The translations under genes were made by a program, and so were the position numbers. Under the pieces are notes generated by a model, which was not told where the DNA came from, made no database searches, and saw nothing but the letters and a program-made list of their open reading frames with translations. Below, piece by piece: positions 8,816 to 17,800 of a stretch of DNA of 42,876 nt (position 1 is its first letter; each line of letters opens with the position of its first letter). Origin of the DNA: a virus (lineage: Duplodnaviria; Caudoviricetes); IMG/VR virus record IMGVR_UViG_3300048848_000033, positions 1 to 42,876 of that record; one strand, 5' to 3'.

Positions 8816-9702
8816 CAGAACATCGCTCCCATGGATCCGCTCCCGTAGAGGGAGTCGTAGGAAGGAAGAATGGAGCCGCCCGCAGCTGCGCCGCCTGTAG
8901 ACCCGAAGCCCTTTAGCCCAGCGTATGTGCCAAGAGCGCCGGAAAGGCCGCCTGCGAGCTGGGAGCTTGCCGCACCCTGACCGAGAGCGCCGCCAGCTTG
9001 GGCAGAGCCCATCTGACCCAGAAGCGCCGCGATGCTTCCGCCTGTCTGCATGCCGGCGTTGCCAACTCCTGCCGCAGCGTTCTGCCCCAGCGCAGTCAGC
9101 CCGCCCAGCTTCGAATACTGGTCGTTGATCGTGGCGGCCAGCAATGCCGGGCTGAACTGCGCGAGCGCGGCCTGCGTGTTGCCGCCGCGCAGCCCGCCAG
9201 TGGCGGACGCGTTCTGCAAGATGCTGTTCTCGCCCTGCTGAAGCATGGACGTGAACATGGGCGAGTTCTTCAGCGCGTCGATGGACGTTTGCTGTGCAGC
9301 GGCGCCATTGAGCCCAAGCAGATCTTGCTGGCCCTGCAGCGCGCCAGGAGTGCCGGCGACCGCAGCCGTCAGGGGTTTGTTTCGACCTTCCGCCTGGCCG
9401 TACTGAAGGTAGTGGTCTTCCGCTGTGTCGGCGGTGTAGTACTTGGCAACATCGGGGTACATGGCAAGGTACGCCGCGCCGTCAAACTTGCCGCCTGGAT
9501 CAGCCGCAATGCCGGACCCCGCCTGAACGTAGGGAAGCAGCAGCTTGCGCAGCTCTTCCATTTGCCGCTCTTGGGCGTCGATCCCGGCGAGTGCCGCGTC
9601 GGTCTGAGCCCCCGCAGCCTTGCCGGCCGCCTTGCTGGCCTGGCTCGATGAATAGGCGCCCAAGAGCGCCGAGCCGCCTACTGCGACTGCTACGACAGAC
9701 AT
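8815..9702 (-). CDS. DNA ejection protein (P22 gp7-like)
   Basis: Hydrophobic Gly/Ala N-terminus, LPYVQAG, QNASATGGLRGGNTQAALAQF motif. Confidence 0.85.
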   Translation of the reverse strand: MSVVAVAVGGSALLGAYSSSQASKAAGKAAGAQTDAALAGIDAQERQMEELRKLLLPYVQAGSGIAADPGGKFDGAAYLAMYPDVAKYYTADTAEDHYLQYGQAEGRNKPLTAAVAGTPGALQGQQDLLGLNGAAAQQTSIDALKNSPMFTSMLQQGENSILQNASATGGLRGGNTQAALAQFSPALLAATINDQYSKLGGLTALGQNAAAGVGNAGMQTGGSIAALLGQMGSAQAGGALGQGAASSQLAGGLSGALGTYAGLKGFGSTGGAAAGGSILPSYDSLYGSGSMGAMF

Positions 9703-10190
9703 GCTGCCTCCTGACCAGGAAGGATGTTCATCGGCTCACACAGCGTCGCTTCGATCTGTTCGATGTCGCGCAATTCGTCGGGGTTCAGGTGGACCGTCAG
9801 CCAGACGACTTCGGTGTGCGTGTAGCCCACCCGTTTCGTGCCGGCCGGCGCGATGAACGGGTGATAGCCCTCAATGCGCTTCATCTCGCCATCGACCAGC
9901 GTTGTCATGGCGCCGCTGACCATGACCGACACATGCTCGAAGCGGTGAACCCGGCCGGTCATCAGCGTGCCTGCAGGGACGCGGATTTCCCGCATGTAGA
10001 GCCCGGGGGCAAAGCGGTGAGTTGCTGGAATCTCGGTCTGAGGCAGGCCGATCAGGTGCGACTCCAGGTGCTCGATCTGGAGTCGCGTCGGGCCGTGCTG
10101 CGGCTGCTGTTCCGCGATGGGCTGACCGCTTGCCTGGGTCAGGTCAACATCAATGCGGACTTGGGGCTCAGAGAGCATCGACAGTCTCAC
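9690..10190 (-). CDS. Cupin-like phage protein (P22 gp14 position)
   Basis: HRFAPGLYMREIRVPAGTLMTGRVHRFEH...G and PAGTKR...TVH cupin-type motifs; start uncertain. Confidence 0.7.
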   Translation of the reverse strand: MRLSMLSEPQVRIDVDLTQASGQPIAEQQPQHGPTRLQIEHLESHLIGLPQTEIPATHRFAPGLYMREIRVPAGTLMTGRVHRFEHVSVMVSGAMTTLVDGEMKRIEGYHPFIAPAGTKRVGYTHTEVVWLTVHLNPDELRDIEQIEATLCEPMNILPGQEAACLS

Positions 10191-10273
10191 TTCTCGCGCC
10201 TGGCGCGGGTCCGTGAGCTGCTGGCGGCTCGTTGGTCTGGTCTCAGCTAATCGCGCGTGCGCGACTGGGGCGG

Positions 10274-10303
10274 ATTATATGGGTGACGTATGCGATGCCG
10301 CAA
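10274..10303 (-). promoter_or_regulatory. Putative sigma70 promoter for cupin, ejection, tailspike and lysis genes
   Basis: TTGCGG-18-TATAAT in the intergenic gap. Confidence 0.55.
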
Positions 10304-10318
10304 CGCCATATGCGCCAG

Positions 10319-11254
10319 CTATAGCATTGACCCCGACATCCATGTGTTCGCAGGCGCCCCCGAGGTCCCCTGCGAGACCGTGGCGCCGTGGTAGACACGC
10401 AGGTCATAGACATCATCCCCGTCCGGAACATCCATGCAGCTCACCGCCACGCGCACGCTTCCGGCCGCGGCCCGCTCTGCATTGCCCCCCGCCTTGAAGA
10501 TGGCCCCATTCTTGTAGATCGCCACGTCCACCGGGGCGGCCTCTGTCATCGCCAGCAACACCGCCCCCTCGATCAACACGGGACGGCCTGCAGGCGGTGT
10601 CCATGCCGACGATGCGAAGTTGCCGTTCAGGTCGAATAGCTCGGTGCTCAGGTTCACCTGCGTGAACACTCCGGCAGGAATGGTCTGCAGAACAGAGTTG
10701 TTGTGCGCGCTGAAAGCAGACAAGACAGTGACCCCGGTCCCGCCGTGAGCAACGGGGGTGACGCCGCCCATGTTGCCCAGGTCCAGGCTTGGTTCGTCAA
10801 TGTCGATGGAGGGGTTGCCGTCTGCCCCATCGCCGTACATGACTTCAATGCGCGATGACCCGGCCTGAATCACCCGAAGCTCTGCGCCTGATGCGGTCTT
10901 GGCGACGATGCCAGTCCCGGTCAGTTGAGATAGCGCCGCCAGGAAAGCCTGCAACCGCAGCTGAAAGGCCCCGCCCGGTCCGCTGTCGGCCGTTGCCAAG
11001 CCAGTGCCAACCGTGAGGCCGCGCCCGTTCGGCAGTGATGGCGTCACGCTCAACAACAGGAATGGCTGCGTCTTGGTTTCCTCTGCAATCTCCAGCGCGT
11101 CGGTTGCCTTGTTAAGCGCCTCGGTGACAGCCTCCGGAATGCCTATCGCCACGTCCTGCGAAAGGTCGCGCAGTTGGGCCTGCAGCCGCGGAAGGTTCGT
11201 CAGCGTGGAAATCAGGTCCGCAGGGATTGCCCCTGTGCTGCGCATGTTCGCCAT
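10319..11254 (-). CDS. Tail needle-like protein (gp26 position) with C-terminal C1q/TNF-like knob
   Basis: TGATG-coupled to gp10; N-terminal coiled coil, PVAHGGTG motif, C-terminal AFSA...VNLSTELFDLNGNF beta domain. Confidence 0.65.
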   Translation of the reverse strand: MANMRSTGAIPADLISTLTNLPRLQAQLRDLSQDVAIGIPEAVTEALNKATDALEIAEETKTQPFLLLSVTPSLPNGRGLTVGTGLATADSGPGGAFQLRLQAFLAALSQLTGTGIVAKTASGAELRVIQAGSSRIEVMYGDGADGNPSIDIDEPSLDLGNMGGVTPVAHGGTGVTVLSAFSAHNNSVLQTIPAGVFTQVNLSTELFDLNGNFASSAWTPPAGRPVLIEGAVLLAMTEAAPVDVAIYKNGAIFKAGGNAERAAAGSVRVAVSCMDVPDGDDVYDLRVYHGATVSQGTSGAPANTWMSGSML

Positions 11255-12651
11255 CAGGCCAGCGCCTCGATCTGCGCCTCAAGCCGGGCGATGGACAGGT
11301 GTGCGTCGCTGGTGCCGCGGAACTTCTGGATGCGGTAGTTGCGGAACGTGCCCTGCCGGCGCCAAGCGATGCGCTTGTTCCGCTCGCCCTGCTTGCCTGC
11401 CGCGGTCGGCCGCTCCTCGCTCCACGTCTGCCCGTCCAGGGAATAGCTTGTCCAGATGACGGGATCTGCACCGAGCGGAACACGGCCAGGCAGCGCCACC
11501 AGCTCCAGCTCATGGATGATGCCGCCGCGGCCTTCGTTGTAGAGCATCTGCGTGCCGAACTCCCACCCGACCACAGCGCCGTAGTGCGTGGACACGTCCT
11601 GCGTCAACACGCCGATGCGCCCACTCGTGGGGTCGCCAACCATCCATTGATCGTAGGCCCAGCAGATGTGTCGCGCCTGGTAGACCCCCAGGCCCACCAC
11701 GCTGGTTGCCAGCGTGAACCAGACCGGCTCCCCAACCACCACGGACGCGGCGGCGTCGTAGACGAGCGTTTGGTCTGGCAGATGAACCAGCAACAGCTTG
11801 TGTGACCGGTCCGCGCGCGCCTCCACCACGACTTGGGACAGCTGCTCTTCGGTGTAGCCCTGCAGGATTCGGTCGGTCTCGGCTGTCGCGATCTGGACCG
11901 TTGAGCCGCTGTTCACCAGGTAGATGGATGGGGCCTCGCCCCTGCCCGATCCGATGAACGCAATGGTTTCGGCGAACAGACACGCGGCGTGCGTTCCGAT
12001 GGCGCCGCGGGGCACCTGGGCGCCGTCGATCCGCTGGAACGGAAAGTTGTCTCCGCCAACGTTCTGGAACACTTCCGTCGTGTAGCGGTTGAGCGCGTAG
12101 ATCTCGCCGCGCAGCTTGAGCAGAGGTAGAACAGGGTCGGGGTCTGCTTCAGAACTGCCGTACTTCAGCGGGTTGACGGCATACCGGTCGTTCAGCTCCG
12201 TGACCGCCAGGGTCACGCCATCGGTCACCATCCAATAGCCATCGACCCACACAACATCATTCACGGTGCCGATGTCAGGGTCGGTCACCTGGGTCAGTTC
12301 GGACCCGTCCCAGTAGTGCAGTTTGCCGCCCGACGCGATGCCTAGCACGTCGAAGGAGTAGTCCATCGTGACGGGGGCAGTGCCACCCACGTCCCCCAGC
12401 ACCGAAACAGAGCCGTTGCGCTCGACGCGAACTAGCTTCGTGCCCATGACGCGGTATTGCAGACCGTTCCAGACCATGACGCCGCGGGTCGGGCCTGGCC
12501 CTGTCCCGAACAGCTCGATTCCATCGGCGGGCCTCAGGTAGCCCTTGCTGATGCCCTGCTCCTTGGGCACCGGCACCATGTTGCGCGGGTAGCTCGACCG
12601 GAAGTCAGGTGACTCGTCGGTATAGATGCCGTTGAGGATGGGGATTTGCAT
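11254..12651 (-). CDS. Tail hub / packaged DNA stabilization protein (P22 gp10-like)
   Basis: MQIPILNG start, YPRNMVPVP, SSEADPDP, WRRQG motifs; about 465 aa. Confidence 0.88.
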   Translation of the reverse strand: MQIPILNGIYTDESPDFRSSYPRNMVPVPKEQGISKGYLRPADGIELFGTGPGPTRGVMVWNGLQYRVMGTKLVRVERNGSVSVLGDVGGTAPVTMDYSFDVLGIASGGKLHYWDGSELTQVTDPDIGTVNDVVWVDGYWMVTDGVTLAVTELNDRYAVNPLKYGSSEADPDPVLPLLKLRGEIYALNRYTTEVFQNVGGDNFPFQRIDGAQVPRGAIGTHAACLFAETIAFIGSGRGEAPSIYLVNSGSTVQIATAETDRILQGYTEEQLSQVVVEARADRSHKLLLVHLPDQTLVYDAAASVVVGEPVWFTLATSVVGLGVYQARHICWAYDQWMVGDPTSGRIGVLTQDVSTHYGAVVGWEFGTQMLYNEGRGGIIHELELVALPGRVPLGADPVIWTSYSLDGQTWSEERPTAAGKQGERNKRIAWRRQGTFRNYRIQKFRGTSDAHLSIARLEAQIEALA

Positions 12652-12669
12652 GTCAGTTCGCAACGCCCT

Positions 12670-15600
12670 TTAGGCAGGCACGACGGTGCGGGACAGCGGA
12701 ACACTCATGACAGGCATTCCGGGGAGTCCAGACACCATCGGCGTGCTGCGCGTGTCGAACAGGCAATCGAGGATGCCGCTTTCGGCCAGAGTGGGCTTGG
12801 TGCCGTTCCCGACAGTGCCCGGGTAGCCGGACATGTAGGTGTAGCTGACGGACGTGGGGGCCGATCCGACCGCGTAAGTCAGCCGCACGCGGTTCGGGCC
12901 GGTCAGCAGTGCAGAGGTGGTCGGGAACACCGAGCCGCCGCCATCCAGTTGCAGACGGAAGCCGGTTGGCGCGCCGCCCGCCCTCGTGGCGATGGTCCCC
13001 GAGCCGCCCGTGATCGGCAGATCCACGGTGAGCGTACCGCCCGACCACGACCATGTGCCAGCACCCAGGAAGCCGCCGTTGGCGTCGTAGGTGCTGTGGC
13101 CCTGCTCGAAGGCGAGGCCGGTCGCGATGCGCTCGGACATGCAGCCCATGTCGGCCGAGGTCGCAGCCGGGTGGATCATGTCGCCGTCGTTCGGCTGGTC
13201 GGTGATCGAGGTGAACAGCTTCACCGGCTCTCCATCCAGCGCACGCTGCTGTGCCCAGGTGAGGTCATGGTTGCGCATGCTGTTGAGCTGGTCCACCCAG
13301 TCCGAACCCACGGGGATAACGAGCATCTTGAAGGTGAACGCCCCACCAGGTGCGCTCGCGGCTGCAGCCTTGAGCTGGCCGAGCAGCTTGTCCATGGCAG
13401 CCCAGCGCGTGGCCTGGTTCATGGTCAGATCGCCATGGCCCTGGTTCCAGATCACATAGCGCGGCCGGGCCTCGTGCATCGCTTTGAGGACGCGCTGCCA
13501 GGTCGTCCCCGTGTCGTCGTAGCGGGAAATTGCAATGCCTTCGATGGAAATATCCAGGAAGTACGACCGCTGACCAGTCATCTGCGTCAACAGGTCGGCC
13601 GCAACGGTCTGCCCCCATTTGATGGTGTAGGAGGCCGCATTACGGTCCTGCCAGCCCGACGTGTTGTTGGCCGGGATGCGGTTCAGCGTGCCGATTGGCA
13701 TGAACACGTCGAAGGCGGTCATCTTGCCGACCGACCCGGCGCTCACCGCACGGCTGCTGCCCGACATCTGCATGAGCTTGCTGACGATGGACTGGCCCAT
13801 CGCGATAGCGCCAACCCCACACCCGAACGTGCCGTGCGCACGGCGCGCCGGAGACCAGTTGCCGTCAGGCAGCTTGTATCGGGTCTCGGCCTTGAACTTC
13901 ACGCCGGCCGCGTGGGGTACGCCTGCGATGTCGCCCTGCCAACGACCTGCTGTCGTGGCGGTCATCGTCGTCCAATCCACCAGCACATCAGGCGCCGGGG
14001 CCGGGTCGGCCGCAGCGCTAGACACGATGCGGATCTGAACCTCCGTCACGGCGCCGCGGCGCGAACCCCATGCGCGCACGGTGCTTGTAGAGGCAGGCGC
14101 CAGGTCGGCGGGGAAGATGACGCCATCGCGCCAATCCAGGGTCACGCCTGCGTCTGCCGTCTGCACGCGGGCGGTGCTGATGAACGATGCGCCCACGCCT
14201 TCTACGGTGCCATGCTGCCCGGCGATCAGCTCCTCCATCTGTCCACCCACGGTCTGCGAGCCAGGCCAGTAGCGGTCGCCGCGCAATGCCTCAAAGGGCA
14301 GCACGTCTCGGGCATCCACCCCCTGGGCCAGCATCACCGCCTGGGCCGACGTCATCGCGCCGCCGTTCCACAGCACCACTTGCCCGATGGGGCCGCCCCA
14401 GTACGAGCGAGGCGTCTGCGTCACGAGGTTCAGGAAGCCCAGGTACAGGGGCTTGTTCTGGATGGTCTTCCAGAATCCACGGATGTTGTCGTTGCGCGCA
14501 GTGGTCAGGCCAGGGCCTTCATCCAGCAGGAACGCGCCATTCACGGGGTCCACATCCCACATGGAGACGACCCCGGCTTTGCATGTCACGAGCACGCCAT
14601 GCGACACACTCCCGGGCTGGGCCACGACGCCGGCCTTGCCGATGAGCGGATACGGCGCAAGCGTGCCGGGCGTCATCGTGCTGATGACCTTGCGAGAGGT
14701 CACGGTGTTGTTGTCGTCGTCCTGGGCGGAGAGAGACAGCGTGCCGGCATAGGCGTTGTCGGTGGACCAGGGGTTGCCAGTGGTCGTGCCCGAGCCGTTG
14801 ACCCACAGCGCAAAGTTTCCTGCCGCGGTCTGGAGGTTGTTGGCCTGGTTGCCGATGCAGGCCAGGCCGCCGCCCTTGTTGACGTTCGTGTCGCGCCACT
14901 CCGTCTGGAGGTAGAAGCTCCAGTCGTCGCCGTTGGTGTTGCCCAGGCTCACGTTCCCGCAGGCGATGCGGGCGGTGTTCGTGGAGTTGCTCTGCATGCC
15001 GGTCAGTTGCGCATCGAAGGGGGCGGATGCGCGCAGCGCGGCAGAGGTCACGGTAAGCGTGAACGCGGCCAGGTTTGCCGTTGCCCCGACTCCATCCGTC
15101 ACACGCACAACGATCCCGGCGTTGACGCCATCTGCAGTCGGCGTGCCAGCGATGGCGCCCGAGACAGCGTTGATGGACAGGCCAGCCGGCAACGCCCCGG
15201 CGCTGATCGAGAACGTGTAGGGGGTCGTTCCCCCAGACGCGGACGGTGTGAACGAATACGGATTGCCGACTTGCGCGGCCGTGGACGGTGTGCCGGAAAT
15301 CGAAAGCGTCGCCCCAGCTGCTGTGACCGTGATCCCGAATGCCGGAAGTGTGGCCGTGGACCCCGCATGGTCTGTAACGCGGATGCTTAGACCCGAGGCG
15401 GTGCCTGCAGCAGTTGGCGTGCCGCTGATAGCCCCGGTAGAAGTGCTGAACGACAGGCCAGCCGGCAGAGTGCCAGCAACCAGCGCGAAGGTGTACGGCG
15501 TCACTCCGCCCGAAGCACTCGGCGTAAACGCGTAGGGAGCCCCCACTGTGGCAGCAGTGACAGGCGTCCCGCTGATTGCCAGAACTACGGGCGCCGCAGC

Positions 15601-16440
15601 GACCGTGATGCTGAAGGGTGCCAAGCTGGCCTGGGTGCCATCTGCATCTGTGACGCCAAGCGTGATCGCCGCCGCCGTTCCCGCGACCGTTGGAATGCCA
15701 CTTACCGCTCCGGTCGTCGCGTTGAGAGTGATACCAGCCGGCAGCACGCCCGACACAACCGAATAGGTGTACGGCGCGGTGCCTCCGGTCGCGGAGAGGG
15801 TGAACCCGTACGACGAGCCAACCGTTGCGCTGGTGAGAGGATTCCCGAACAGCGCAAGATTAGACCCTGCTGCTGCGATGTCGATGCTGAAAGGCGCGAG
15901 GATTGCCAGGGCGCCAGTTGCATCGGTCGCAGTCAGGGCAATCAAACCAGAGGCGCCCGTCTGCGTCGGTATGCCATGCACCAGGCCGATCTGAGGATGG
16001 ATCGACAGGCCATCAGGCAAGGAGCCAGCCGGGTCAGAGTAGGCGTACGGCGCAACACCACCGCTCGCCACCACAAGGAAGCCCGCGTAGTTCTGTCCCA
16101 CCGTACCAGACAGGACCGGTGTGCCAGAGACGGACAGCGCGGCCGGCGCACTGCCTGCGTCCTTAACGATCCACGAGCCGTTGACCTTGAGATACAGCGC
16201 GCCCGTTTTCGGATCGGCGGCGAGCCAGCCGTCGTAGCCCACATCGTCGGATGGCAGGCCATCGGCCGTGAGCACCAGGCTGGCACCGGGGATTGCGCCA
16301 GGGGTGGACAGGAGCGTGCCGACAACTTCGGCGAGGGCCCCCATCGACGCCTTGCGGCCCTGTCCATTGGCAGGGTCGTAGTACTGGATTTGCGCCGCGG
16401 TGCTCGGGACGCCTTGGTTCAGTGTGGCAATCGGGTCCAT
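12670..16440 (-). CDS. 1256-aa virion appendage: N-terminal anchor, 4 Ig-like (He_PIG-type) repeats, LamG-like region, SGNH esterase
   Basis: ATG 16440 after GGAG, directly after the gp4 stop; four repeats GG(T/V)xPYx(Y/F)...LPxGLx....G.I.G.PT; GQS, WNQGHGD and DMIH motifs. Confidence 0.8.
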   Translation of the reverse strand: MDPIATLNQGVPSTAAQIQYYDPANGQGRKASMGALAEVVGTLLSTPGAIPGASLVLTADGLPSDDVGYDGWLAADPKTGALYLKVNGSWIVKDAGSAPAALSVSGTPVLSGTVGQNYAGFLVVASGGVAPYAYSDPAGSLPDGLSIHPQIGLVHGIPTQTGASGLIALTATDATGALAILAPFSIDIAAAGSNLALFGNPLTSATVGSSYGFTLSATGGTAPYTYSVVSGVLPAGITLNATTGAVSGIPTVAGTAAAITLGVTDADGTQASLAPFSITVAAAPVVLAISGTPVTAATVGAPYAFTPSASGGVTPYTFALVAGTLPAGLSFSTSTGAISGTPTAAGTASGLSIRVTDHAGSTATLPAFGITVTAAGATLSISGTPSTAAQVGNPYSFTPSASGGTTPYTFSISAGALPAGLSINAVSGAIAGTPTADGVNAGIVVRVTDGVGATANLAAFTLTVTSAALRASAPFDAQLTGMQSNSTNTARIACGNVSLGNTNGDDWSFYLQTEWRDTNVNKGGGLACIGNQANNLQTAAGNFALWVNGSGTTTGNPWSTDNAYAGTLSLSAQDDDNNTVTSRKVISTMTPGTLAPYPLIGKAGVVAQPGSVSHGVLVTCKAGVVSMWDVDPVNGAFLLDEGPGLTTARNDNIRGFWKTIQNKPLYLGFLNLVTQTPRSYWGGPIGQVVLWNGGAMTSAQAVMLAQGVDARDVLPFEALRGDRYWPGSQTVGGQMEELIAGQHGTVEGVGASFISTARVQTADAGVTLDWRDGVIFPADLAPASTSTVRAWGSRRGAVTEVQIRIVSSAAADPAPAPDVLVDWTTMTATTAGRWQGDIAGVPHAAGVKFKAETRYKLPDGNWSPARRAHGTFGCGVGAIAMGQSIVSKLMQMSGSSRAVSAGSVGKMTAFDVFMPIGTLNRIPANNTSGWQDRNAASYTIKWGQTVAADLLTQMTGQRSYFLDISIEGIAISRYDDTGTTWQRVLKAMHEARPRYVIWNQGHGDLTMNQATRWAAMDKLLGQLKAAAASAPGGAFTFKMLVIPVGSDWVDQLNSMRNHDLTWAQQRALDGEPVKLFTSITDQPNDGDMIHPAATSADMGCMSERIATGLAFEQGHSTYDANGGFLGAGTWSWSGGTLTVDLPITGGSGTIATRAGGAPTGFRLQLDGGGSVFPTTSALLTGPNRVRLTYAVGSAPTSVSYTYMSGYPGTVGNGTKPTLAESGILDCLFDTRSTPMVSGLPGMPVMSVPLSRTVVPA

Positions 16441-16442
16441 GC

Positions 16443-16919
16443 TCACTCCGGGAAGTTGAAGTTGCCGTCCTGGTCGAAGCCGGCCGGTCGAATGATTTGC
16501 GGGGGCAGGAATGGCGAGCGGCCATAGCGGCGATTGCCGGCGCCTGCGGGCATGCTGGGTCGGCTCATCGGCGGGACCACGGATGCGCGGCGCAGGAGGC
16601 GCGCATAGCCCTCTACGGCGGTCTTGCGCGTCACCGCGTTGAGCGCCTTGCCGTAGCCAGGGCCAAGCCGGATTGCCAGCTGCAGGTAGACCGTCTCGGC
16701 CGCGGTGTCGGGGATGCCGCTGTCGTCGTCCGGGTCGGAGTCGTCGGGCGAGGTGGGCAACAGGTAGCCCAGGCGGATGCCGTCCTCTTCCCACGAAGCG
16801 ATCATGGAATCGAGGCGACGCAGCGCGGTCTGTTGCTCTTCGGGCGACAGGTCGAACTCCGAGCCGGCCAGGCCAAGCTCAGAGAAGGCTTCGGAGATCA
16901 GCGCCCTCTTCGTCCACAT
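16443..16919 (-). CDS. Head-tail adaptor (P22 gp4-like)
   Basis: WTKRALI..A, ALRRLDSMIASWE..GIRLGY, LAIRLGPGYG, MPAGAGN motifs. Confidence 0.88.
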   Translation of the reverse strand: MWTKRALISEAFSELGLAGSEFDLSPEEQQTALRRLDSMIASWEEDGIRLGYLLPTSPDDSDPDDDSGIPDTAAETVYLQLAIRLGPGYGKALNAVTRKTAVEGYARLLRRASVVPPMSRPSMPAGAGNRRYGRSPFLPPQIIRPAGFDQDGNFNFPE

Positions 16920-16922
16920 GGG

Positions 16923-17219
16923 TCAGCCCAGCTTTGCGGCGATCAGGTCGCCCAGCTTCTTGTCGGTGGTGCGGCCGTCGAACTTGATGGACAGTTCGCG
17001 GGCCTTCTGCTCCAACTCAGCGCGCGTGACAGGGGCGTCGTCCGCGGGGGCGGGAGCAGGAGCAACCTTCACCGACTCGCCGGCTTCGGTGGGTGTGCGG
17101 AACCAGCCATCGGCCAGCGCCTGCTCCACCTCGTGGCCGTCCACGATCTGCCAGTCCACCATGAAGCCATGCAGCAGATCCATGCTGCCGGGCCGGTAGA
17201 GCATCGTTGCGTTGTCCAT
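16923..17219 (-). CDS. Small virion-associated hypothetical protein
   Basis: ALADGWF motif and C-terminal HeH-like TRAELEQKARELSIKFDGRTTDKKL; upstream GAGGGG RBS. Confidence 0.75.
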   Translation of the reverse strand: MDNATMLYRPGSMDLLHGFMVDWQIVDGHEVEQALADGWFRTPTEAGESVKVAPAPAPADDAPVTRAELEQKARELSIKFDGRTTDKKLGDLIAAKLG

Positions 17220-17280
17220 CTTTCCCCCTCATGTGAGAGCGGCGGCTGTTTGGGCCGCCGCGTCTCGTTGCTTTTGCTGA

Positions 17281-17706
17281 TCAGTCCCGCTTGATCGGGT
17301 TGACCGCGGTCACGTCGTTGGTGTGGCCCGGCCCTGCCGAAGTCACCTCCAGCGGCGAGGACACACCCAGGCGGTCGCACAGAGCCTTGACGTACTCGGT
17401 GCGGTTCTTGCCGCTGCGCTCCAGCTCCATCAGGCCGGCGACCTTGCCTTCAGGCACCAGCGGGTCGGCATCGGGCTTGATGGCGTCCTTGAACGCATCG
17501 AGACCGAGGTCCACCAGGTGAGACCAGGGCATGATTTCGTGGCGGTCTGGCCAGCGGTCGCCCTGCGCGTCGCCTTCAGTGACCGACTGCGTGCGGAAGT
17601 TGGTCGCTGCGCTCTCGGCGTGGGCTTGCTTGAGCCCTTCCTTCTCGGCCGCAGTTTTCTCGGCTGCGGTGAGTTCCACGGGCTTGGCTTCGTCCTTCTT
17701 GCTCAT
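17281..17706 (-). CDS. Hypothetical protein after coat gene
   Basis: ATG 17706 with GGAG; LMELERSGKNRTEYVKAL HeH-like motif. Confidence 0.7.
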   Translation of the reverse strand: MSKKDEAKPVELTAAEKTAAEKEGLKQAHAESAATNFRTQSVTEGDAQGDRWPDRHEIMPWSHLVDLGLDAFKDAIKPDADPLVPEGKVAGLMELERSGKNRTEYVKALCDRLGVSSPLEVTSAGPGHTNDVTAVNPIKRD

Positions 17707-17735
17707 GATGAGACTCCAGATTGAGGTTGAACTAA

Positions 17736-17790
17736 GCGCCCCCAGCGGCATGCCGGGGGCGCGCCTCGCGGGACGCTGCCGTCTGCGAGG
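17736..17790 (-). terminator. Tandem hairpins downstream of coat gene (attenuator or mRNA stabiliser)
   Basis: CCTCGC/GCGAGG stem (17764-17790) and GCGCCCCC/GGGGGCGC stem (17736-17762) with a weak TTAGTT tail. Confidence 0.5.
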
Positions 17791-17800
17791 GTCCAGGCTC

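Noticed and set aside
12646-15390. 914-aa plus-strand ORF (also 6344-8572, 17531-19084, 26048-27325)
   Set aside because: Antisense shadows of well-supported GC-rich minus-strand genes; no recognisable motifs
15045-16140. Repeats as a CRISPR array or DGR template/variable repeats
   Set aside because: They are diverged protein-level Ig repeats; no reverse transcriptase, cas gene or adenine-specific variant pair was seen
16441-16794. 118-aa upstream extension of the Ig/SGNH ORF, or a gp4 frameshift fusion
   Set aside because: Overlaps gp4 out of frame with Arg/Pro-rich junk; ATG 16440 has its own RBS and I saw no slippery site
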